NCBI RefSeq assembly: GCF_000025945.1
Contig: NC_006138.1
Location: forward strand, 60,001 to 92,000
Length of the DNA: 32,000 bases
From: Desulfotalea psychrophila LSv54
GTDB lineage: Bacteria > Desulfobacterota > Desulfobulbia > Desulfobulbales > Desulfocapsaceae
Direction: 5' to 3'
Shown here: positions 25,530 through 32,000 of the stretch, piece by piece
How the letters are laid out: each line of letters begins with the position of its first letter
How positions within the stretch are numbered: position 1 is the first letter of the stretch
Program-made: the position numbers and the translations under genes
The notes under the pieces: model-generated
What the model saw: the letters and a program-made list of their open reading frames with translations, nothing else
Told to the model about the DNA's origin: nothing
Database searches by the model: none

Positions 25530-26960
25530 ATGAGAATTCTCCTCACAGGCGCAACAGGATATATAGGCAAAAGGCTTCTGCCCGCCCTTATCATCAAGGG
25601 GCATCAAGTTGTCTGTGCTGTTCGGGACCCCAAGAGGTTCCACCCTCCCAAATCATTGCTCGACCATATCGAAGTCATCCAATTAGATCTGCTCGATCAA
25701 GACTCTCTGCAAACTATCCCCACCGACATAGGAGCTGCCTACTATCTCATCCACTCCATGGCCGCTACCTCCGACTACGAGGAGATGGAGCTCCAGTCAG
25801 CTCATAATTTTCGCCGGGCAATCGAAGGTACAGAGGCTCAACAGGTTATCTACCTCAGTGGCATCGCCAACCAGAAAAAACTCTCTAAACACCTTCGCTC
25901 CAGAAAGATGGTCGAAAAAGAACTCCGAAGGGGAGACTACCACCTGACAAGCCTTCGAGCCGGAATTATTATCGGCTCGGGAAGCGCCCCCTTCGAAATC
26001 ATTCGAGACCTGGTGGAAAAGCTCCCCCTGATCGTTGGCCCCAAATGGCTTGAAACCAAATCTCAACCAATCTGTATTACCGATGTCATCACCTATCTCT
26101 CCGAATGCCTCTTTCTACCGGCAAGCTATAATAAAAACTTTGATATAGGCGGGCCGGACATTCTCACCTATCGGGAGATGCTTCTGATCTGTGCTGAGAC
26201 ACGTGGTCTGACGAGAAAAATATACACCGTCCCTCTCATGACACCACGTCTGGCCTCATACGGCCTGCACTTTCTCACCTCCACCTCCTACCCCCTAGCC
26301 AGGTCACTGGTGGACAGCATAACAGTGGAGGTCACCTGCCGCGGCAATGACATTAAGAAGATTATTCCAAGCAAGAACATCTCGTACCGGGAGGCACTGG
26401 AAAGGGCCTTCTTAAAAATCGAGAGCAAGGAGATCCCATCAAGCTGGAAGGACTCCTTCGCAAGCGGGGGGCTGAAGATGAGCATTTCTGATTTTATCGA
26501 TGTGCCCACCTTTGGTTGCTTTATCGATAAACAGATAGAGACAATAGAAGACAGAGAGGCGTGTCTCAATAATATATGGCGAATAGGAGGCAATACCGGT
26601 TGGTACTGCGCCGACTGGCTCTGGCGTATACGGGGAGTTGTCGACAAAATATTTGGCGGTGTCGGCCTGCGAAGAGGACGCACCCACCCGGATCATATCG
26701 CCACAGGAGATGCCCTCGATTTCTGGCGAGTACTCTACGCCGACAGAGACGAGGGCCGCCTCCTTCTCTTTGCCGAGATGAAAATTCCCGGAGAGGCCTG
26801 GCTTGAATTCAGGGTGGAGGACAACAAGCTCTACCAAACCGCCACATTTCGTCCACGGGGTGTTCTCGGCCGTCTCTACTGGTACTCCATCCTGCCCTTC
26901 CATGGCTTCATCTTCCCCAACATGAGCAAAAGGCTGGGGGGATCAGGCTACAAGAGGTAA
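25530..26960 (+). CDS. SDR-family NAD(P)-binding protein fused to a DUF2867-like C-terminal domain
   Basis: The N-terminus MRILLTGATGYIGKRL is a Rossmann GxxGxxG motif. The C-terminal WYCADWLWRIRG...DFWRV...EMKIPGEAWLEFRV is typical of DUF2867. GAGGGA lies 4 nt upstream of the ATG. Confidence 0.8.
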   Translation: MRILLTGATGYIGKRLLPALIIKGHQVVCAVRDPKRFHPPKSLLDHIEVIQLDLLDQDSLQTIPTDIGAAYYLIHSMAATSDYEEMELQSAHNFRRAIEGTEAQQVIYLSGIANQKKLSKHLRSRKMVEKELRRGDYHLTSLRAGIIIGSGSAPFEIIRDLVEKLPLIVGPKWLETKSQPICITDVITYLSECLFLPASYNKNFDIGGPDILTYREMLLICAETRGLTRKIYTVPLMTPRLASYGLHFLTSTSYPLARSLVDSITVEVTCRGNDIKKIIPSKNISYREALERAFLKIESKEIPSSWKDSFASGGLKMSISDFIDVPTFGCFIDKQIETIEDREACLNNIWRIGGNTGWYCADWLWRIRGVVDKIFGGVGLRRGRTHPDHIATGDALDFWRVLYADRDEGRLLLFAEMKIPGEAWLEFRVEDNKLYQTATFRPRGVLGRLYWYSILPFHGFIFPNMSKRLGGSGYKR

Positions 26961-27006
26961 TAAAGATCCATAGAGAAGAGATAAGCCCTTACTACCCGAG
27001 GGAGAG

Positions 27007-27549
27007 CTACCACATAAGATCATCGGGGATTTGATACTCCGCATAGGGATCTTCTTCATCAAGATCAGCTGTCATTTCAGCAATAAAGACAAAGGTACCT
27101 GTGGCAAGACTCTCTATTTTCTCAATGACAGCCCGGTTCACAACCTCATAACCTGCCGCAAAAGCAACAATACCCAATCGCCCCTTGCTGAGTTGATCGG
27201 CAACCTCTTTAGCAACGAAGATGCGCTGTATTTTTTTATCATCGGTAAAATGATAGGCAAGACCTTTCTTGTCTTTTTCTATACGATTCTGAGTAATAAT
27301 CTGTTTTACCGCAGCCATCGCTTCACGCTTGCGTAATTTTTCCTCACGCTGACGATTAAGCTCCTGAGCCCGAATCCGTTTCTTCTCCTGAGCCTCCTGA
27401 GCCAAGAGGGCGTTTTCATCAACTACAGGTGCTGCATTTTTGGCAACCTTTTGTTTCTTCTTCTGATGTTGAACTTTTTTACTCTTGGTCACCTGCTTCT
27501 TATCAACTAGGCCAAGCTTTAAGAACTGGTCCTGAAATGGATTGCTCAT
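27007..27549 (-). CDS. yaiL: DUF2058 family protein (YaiL-like)
   Basis: It has the N-terminal FQDQFLKLGLVDKKQ, a long Lys/Glu-rich helix, and the C-terminal EDPYAEYQIPDDLMW that closely matches E. coli YaiL. I use the ATG at 27549 (MSNPF), not 27594. Confidence 0.85.
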   Translation of the reverse strand: MSNPFQDQFLKLGLVDKKQVTKSKKVQHQKKKQKVAKNAAPVVDENALLAQEAQEKKRIRAQELNRQREEKLRKREAMAAVKQIITQNRIEKDKKGLAYHFTDDKKIQRIFVAKEVADQLSKGRLGIVAFAAGYEVVNRAVIEKIESLATGTFVFIAEMTADLDEEDPYAEYQIPDDLMW

Positions 27550-27617
27550 AACATTATTTATGGTGTTAATATTTAATAAGAAAAACAAAATCATAACAGG
27601 ATGAATGGATAACAGAC

Positions 27618-28259
27618 CTACCTGTTCACCTCAACCCGTTCTATGCCTTTAACCACAAAGGGCAAGATATTATCAACAATTATTTGATAGCCCGCCTGGT
27701 TGGGGTGAAGCCTATCCAACTGATTATAACGCCAGTCGAGGGCAACACCCTCTAGAAAAAATGGAAAAAAGACAGGACTATAATCCTCTTCCAGCTGAGA
27801 ATAGATCCTATTGTATCTCTGCATATAGGCCTGCCCCCTGGTCGCCCTAACCTTCATCCCCGCCAGGACAACAACAACGTCATTATCTGCAAAAATTTGC
27901 AGTAACTGAGAAATATTATCCTTTATTTTGGCAGGGGCATAGCCCCTAAGGCCATCGTTAGCGCCTGTCTCCAGGATAACAATATCAGGCTCATAGGCCA
28001 AAATATCAGATGCACGGGCAAGGGTTTGAGCACTGACCTCCCCACTTACGCCAAGGTTTATAACCTCAAAGGCATAACCCATCCGGGCAAGTTTTGTCTG
28101 GAGTAGGGCTGGGTAGGCATCCTCCTTTTCCAGGCCATAGCCAGCAGTCAGGCTATCACCCACAGCAAGAATACGCCCCCCATTTTTCCCGGACACAACA
28201 CCCTCGCCACGGCAGGCACAAAGGGCGAATAACAGCAGTACAGCATATATTTTATTCAT
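27618..28259 (-). CDS. SGNH arylesterase / TesA-like lysophospholipase, exported
   Basis: It has GDSLTAGYG, GANDGLRG and DRLHPNQAGY blocks. I use the ATG at 28259, which gives a signal peptide (MNKIYAVLLLFALCAC). The longer ORF running to 28364 was rejected. Confidence 0.8.
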   Translation of the reverse strand: MNKIYAVLLLFALCACRGEGVVSGKNGGRILAVGDSLTAGYGLEKEDAYPALLQTKLARMGYAFEVINLGVSGEVSAQTLARASDILAYEPDIVILETGANDGLRGYAPAKIKDNISQLLQIFADNDVVVVLAGMKVRATRGQAYMQRYNRIYSQLEEDYSPVFFPFFLEGVALDWRYNQLDRLHPNQAGYQIIVDNILPFVVKGIERVEVNR

Positions 28260-28358
28260 AGAGTGGCAGTACCTCCAGGATACAATCATTTTTTGGTGTA
28301 AGTTACCCATATCTGGTATGATAAAGAAATCATCAAACCTCAACCCAGAATAACCACC

Positions 28359-30128
28359 TTGCAATCATCCGCATCAGAAAAAAGACCTTCTCTCCGCCAA
28401 CTCCTCCTGCTGGTGGCCCCCTCCTTTAAAAGGTATCGCCTCCGGATATCCCTGGGGCTCATGGCCCTGATTATCGTTGATATCCTGCAACTACTAATTC
28501 CACGTATCCTCAAGCAAGGCATTGACTCCATCTCCACGAAAGCAGAGACGACCAATCTGGCCCAACTTGCAATTTTTATTATCTGCATTGCCTGCACCGT
28601 TATCATCCTTCGCTTTTGCTGGCGCTATATGATTTTAGGCTTTTCCCGTATCCTTGAGTGCACCATTCGCAACAGTATATTTTCCCATATCCTGCAAATG
28701 GACGCCACTTTTTTTGAAAAAAACAGTACGGGAAAATTAATGGCCCACTCATCAAATGACTTAAGCGCCGTGCAAATGGCCTTTGGCATGGGTACAGTGG
28801 CAGCCGTCGACTCCTCCGTAATGCTGACCGTAGCCATCGCCTTTATGCTCTCCATCAATGTCAAGCTCACCATTCTGGCCCTCGTCCCCCTGCCTCTTCT
28901 GGCGATAAGCACTAAAATACTGGCAGGACAGTTACACACCCGATTCGAGACAGTACAGGAACAATTTTCCCATCTCACCGAGTTTTCCCGTTCAGCCATC
29001 TCTTCCATATGGTTAGTAAAGGCATACACAATGGAAGATCTACAGACAAATCAATTCGATGCCCTTGGCAAAGAGTATGTCAGGGCAAATCTGAAGGTTG
29101 GCGTCATAAATGGCCTATTGCAGCCCCTCTCCACCCTGGTTGGAAATCTCGGCATACTATCGATATTCTTTTTTGGGGGGAGAATGGTCATCCAAGAAGT
29201 GATCAGCCTCGGTGATTTTGTTGCCTTTATCACCTATCTCTATATGCTCATCTGGCCCATGATGGCCATCGGCTGGGTGACCAACCTCGCTCAAAGAGGA
29301 TTAACCTCACTACAGAGAATACGCCTCCTTATGGAGCAAAAATCGATGATGCTCGATGGCCCGGAAAAGGCCTCAAGAGAGACCAAGGGGGCACGAATAG
29401 AACTCTGTGACCTCTCCTTCACCTACCCCAATGCCTCACAGCCAGCCCTGCACCATATAAATCTCACTTTCTTAGAAAAAACATATGGACTCACGGGGCG
29501 AACAGGCTGCGGCAAGACCAGCCTCTGTCGAATTCTTTGCAGGCTTTATCCTGTAGAGGACGGTATGTACCTCCACAACGAAATAGACGTTAACAGGCAA
29601 GGCCTCAACGAACTGCGAGAGCAGATCAGTTATGTCAGCCAGGAGTCCACCCTCTTCTCCGATACGGTGAAAAACAATATTCGTTTTGGCAATGAGGAGG
29701 CAAGCGAAGAGGAGATAACAGAAGCCGCGCGACGGGCAGACATACACAATAATATCAGTGAATTGAGCAATGGCTATGACACACTCATCGGCGAACAGGG
29801 CGTTAAGCTCTCCGGTGGCCAACGACAACGCATTGCCCTGGCCCGAGCCCTGCTGACAAAACGGCCCATCCTCCTGATCGACGATGGTCTCTCCGCCGTC
29901 GATGTCGAAACCGAGCACCAAATTTTCTCCCGACTCCGGGAAGGAGAAAACAAAACTATCATCATCATCTCCAACCGGATAAAACTCCTCTCCATGACCG
30001 ATGAGATTATTATTTTAGACAGTGGCGAAATAGCCGACCGTGGTAGCCACCAACACCTCCTGAGACACAATTCCCTCTATCAGTCCATGGCTAAAAAACA
30101 ACAGGAACAGAGGGAGGAGAAACTATGA
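28359..30128 (+). CDS. ABC exporter fused permease/ATPase, subunit with non-canonical catalytic residues
   Basis: It has six TM helices plus an NBD. Walker A is GRTGCGKTS and the signature LSGGQRQR is canonical. Walker B is ILLIDD-G (Asp in place of the catalytic Glu) and the H-loop is IIISNR (Asn in place of His). It appears to start at TTG with no convincing SD, so the start is uncertain. Confidence 0.85.
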   Translation: MQSSASEKRPSLRQLLLLVAPSFKRYRLRISLGLMALIIVDILQLLIPRILKQGIDSISTKAETTNLAQLAIFIICIACTVIILRFCWRYMILGFSRILECTIRNSIFSHILQMDATFFEKNSTGKLMAHSSNDLSAVQMAFGMGTVAAVDSSVMLTVAIAFMLSINVKLTILALVPLPLLAISTKILAGQLHTRFETVQEQFSHLTEFSRSAISSIWLVKAYTMEDLQTNQFDALGKEYVRANLKVGVINGLLQPLSTLVGNLGILSIFFFGGRMVIQEVISLGDFVAFITYLYMLIWPMMAIGWVTNLAQRGLTSLQRIRLLMEQKSMMLDGPEKASRETKGARIELCDLSFTYPNASQPALHHINLTFLEKTYGLTGRTGCGKTSLCRILCRLYPVEDGMYLHNEIDVNRQGLNELREQISYVSQESTLFSDTVKNNIRFGNEEASEEEITEAARRADIHNNISELSNGYDTLIGEQGVKLSGGQRQRIALARALLTKRPILLIDDGLSAVDVETEHQIFSRLREGENKTIIIISNRIKLLSMTDEIIILDSGEIADRGSHQHLLRHNSLYQSMAKKQQEQREEKL

Positions 30129-31933
30129 AAAGCTATGGATACGACGAGGCCGGGCAGACAGGCTCCCTGACAGACGGGCAACTCTGGGGCCGCATCCTGC
30201 AAATGACGGCTGCCTACAAATGGCACCTGCTCGCTGCTATCATTCTCTCCCTACTCATCACCGCCACCAGCCTCAGTCTCCCCCACCTTATCCAAAGGGG
30301 TATCGACGATTTTATGACAGCGACCAAACTGCCCATGGACACCAGGTTTTCCGGCATTGGTCAAATAGCTGTTCTTTACGCAGCATGCATTACCCTTTTT
30401 TTCGCAGCCAACTTTCTCCAGATCGTCCTCCTCGAGTGGATTGGACAAAAGGTAATGCACCATATTCGCCAAACCCTCTTCCGTCGCATGTTAGGCTTCG
30501 ACCTCCGCTTCTTCAGCGATCATCCGACGGGCAGCTTAGTCACCAGGCTCACAAACGATATTCAAAATATGCACGATATGTTCACCTCGGTGATCGTCAA
30601 CCTCTTTAATGACTGCCTACGCCTTATTGGCATTCTGGCCATCCTTATCCTGATGAATGCCCGTTTAGGGCTCTTCATGACCCTCTTCCTCCCCCTCGCC
30701 CTGATCAGCACCATCATCTTTTCCCGCCTGGCCCGGAAAAAATTCAGGGCCATGCGGGTCGGGATCGGCAAAATCAACACCTTTCTCAGCGAAGCGATAT
30801 CAGGGGCATCAACCATCCAGCTCTTTGGCCGTGAGCGAACATTCTTTTCTCAGTTCAAAGAGATAAATCAAACCTACCTAGGCCACTGCCTGGGACAGGT
30901 AAAGGTGTTTGGCGCCTTTATGCCCTTCACCGAGTTTATGGCAACCATCGCCACGGCCTTTATCCTTTGGTATGGCGGTGGCCAGGTAATACAAAAGCAT
31001 CTCAGCCTGGGGGAACTGGTGGCCTTCCTCTCCTATATGCGCCTCTTCTTCCAACCACTCCGGGAACTCTCACAAAAATACTCCATCGTCCAGGCGGCCA
31101 TGGCCTCGGCTGAGCGAATCTTCCATCTACTCGATACAGAGTCACAGATAAAGGCACCGGAAAGACTTTCTGGCCCGTCCTCCCCTGTTCAGGGAGAGAT
31201 TATCTTCAATGACATCCACTTTAGCTACAACCCCAAGGTACCGACACTCAGAGGCATCAACCTCCATATCCAAGCCGGCCAGACCATAGCCATCGTCGGT
31301 ACCACCGGAGCAGGTAAAACCAGCCTTATCAACCTCCTGCTACGATTTTATGACCCCGAAAAGGGGCAGATAACAATCGACGGCAATAATATCAGCCAAT
31401 ATCCCTTCAAGACCCTTCGTTCCATGGTGGGGGTTATTTTACAGGATATTATTTTATTGCAAGATACCCTCCTTGCCAATATTATCATGGACACCAACCG
31501 ATCACGCGCCGAGGTTGAAAAAATATTAACAGAGACGGGGATGAACCGTTTTGTAAAAAAACTCCCCAAAGGCTTAGACAGCGCCATTGGCCCGGGCGGT
31601 CAGAATCTCTCTACCGGAGAAAAGCAGCTCCTCTCCTTTGCCAGGGTACTCTGCCGCAGACCGGCTATAATCGTCCTTGATGAGGCAACCGCCGCCATCG
31701 ATACCGAGTCTGAAAATATCCTTGAAGAGGCCTTAGCTAAAACATTTGTCAACCGTACTTCCATCATCATCGCCCATAGACTTTCCACCATAAAGAGGGC
31801 TGATAAGACTATTGTTATGGACAGGGGCAGGATAATCGAACAGGGTAGCCACCAGGAACTGCTGGCTCTTAAGGGTCGATATTATCACCTCGTTCGTCTT
31901 GACCAGAAGCAATTAGGGGGAAATAAGCTGTAG
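30125..31933 (+). CDS. ABC exporter fused permease/ATPase, partner subunit
   Basis: Walker A is GTTGAGKTS, Walker B is IIVLDEAT and the H-loop is IIIAHRL, but the signature is LSTGEKQ (degenerate). There is an ATGA overlap with the upstream gene and a strong GGGAGGAG SD. Confidence 0.9.
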   Translation: MKSYGYDEAGQTGSLTDGQLWGRILQMTAAYKWHLLAAIILSLLITATSLSLPHLIQRGIDDFMTATKLPMDTRFSGIGQIAVLYAACITLFFAANFLQIVLLEWIGQKVMHHIRQTLFRRMLGFDLRFFSDHPTGSLVTRLTNDIQNMHDMFTSVIVNLFNDCLRLIGILAILILMNARLGLFMTLFLPLALISTIIFSRLARKKFRAMRVGIGKINTFLSEAISGASTIQLFGRERTFFSQFKEINQTYLGHCLGQVKVFGAFMPFTEFMATIATAFILWYGGGQVIQKHLSLGELVAFLSYMRLFFQPLRELSQKYSIVQAAMASAERIFHLLDTESQIKAPERLSGPSSPVQGEIIFNDIHFSYNPKVPTLRGINLHIQAGQTIAIVGTTGAGKTSLINLLLRFYDPEKGQITIDGNNISQYPFKTLRSMVGVILQDIILLQDTLLANIIMDTNRSRAEVEKILTETGMNRFVKKLPKGLDSAIGPGGQNLSTGEKQLLSFARVLCRRPAIIVLDEATAAIDTESENILEEALAKTFVNRTSIIIAHRLSTIKRADKTIVMDRGRIIEQGSHQELLALKGRYYHLVRLDQKQLGGNKL

Positions 31934-31986
31934 CAGTGGAGCGTAGCGGAATGGCGAGCTATCAGCTGTCAGCTGTCAGCTGTCAG
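31933..31986 (+). repeat. mosaic repeat, module C plus CTRTCAG heptads, abutting the ABC gene stop codon
   Basis: GCAGTGGAGCGTAGCGGAATGGCG at 31933-31956 (21/24 to 20318-20341) starts at the G of the TAG stop. CTATCAG plus (CTGTCAG)x3 spans 31959-31986. The window ends inside the element. Confidence 0.85.
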
Positions 31987-32000
31987 CTAAAAGCAAAAAC

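Overview
This is a chromosomal segment from an anaerobic Gram-negative bacterium. The gene content and protein sequences suggest a Desulfobacterota/Desulfobulbales-like organism, but that is inference only. I call 25 intact protein genes and one frameshifted pseudogene. Almost all are housekeeping or envelope functions: ddl, a GlcD-like FAD oxidase, rpsU, a DHH-CBS-CCA/poly(A)-polymerase fusion, a site-2 protease, an EamA transporter, nrdDG, a fadL-type porin with an acyl-CoA ligase, panE, an NT5C-like/NUDIX pair, typA, an SDR-DUF2867 protein, yaiL, two SGNH esterases and a heterodimeric ABC exporter. I found no rRNA, tRNA, CRISPR array, transposase or recognisable defence operon. The unusual part is the non-coding DNA. 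Ten of about 22 intergenic spacers are built from a small, shuffled vocabulary of sequence modules. Module A is TTAACCACAGAG...CACAGAG followed by a T-run. Module C is GCAGTGGAGCACCGCGGAATGGCG. Module D is AAAAAGCGAACGACGAAAAGC. Tandem arrays with periods 6, 7, 9 and 10 accompany them. The modules are co-oriented with the upstream gene and in several cases start at or supply its stop codon. Often a second, inverted set follows before the next gene. Two small genes of the families known from 23S rRNA intervening sequences lie inside these mosaics: an Avd-like four-helix-bundle protein and a frameshifted GxxExxY protein. I do not recognise this repeat system as a described family and rank it the most interesting thing here. 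All coordinates and counts were derived by hand from the printed sequence, and no searches or folding programs were run.
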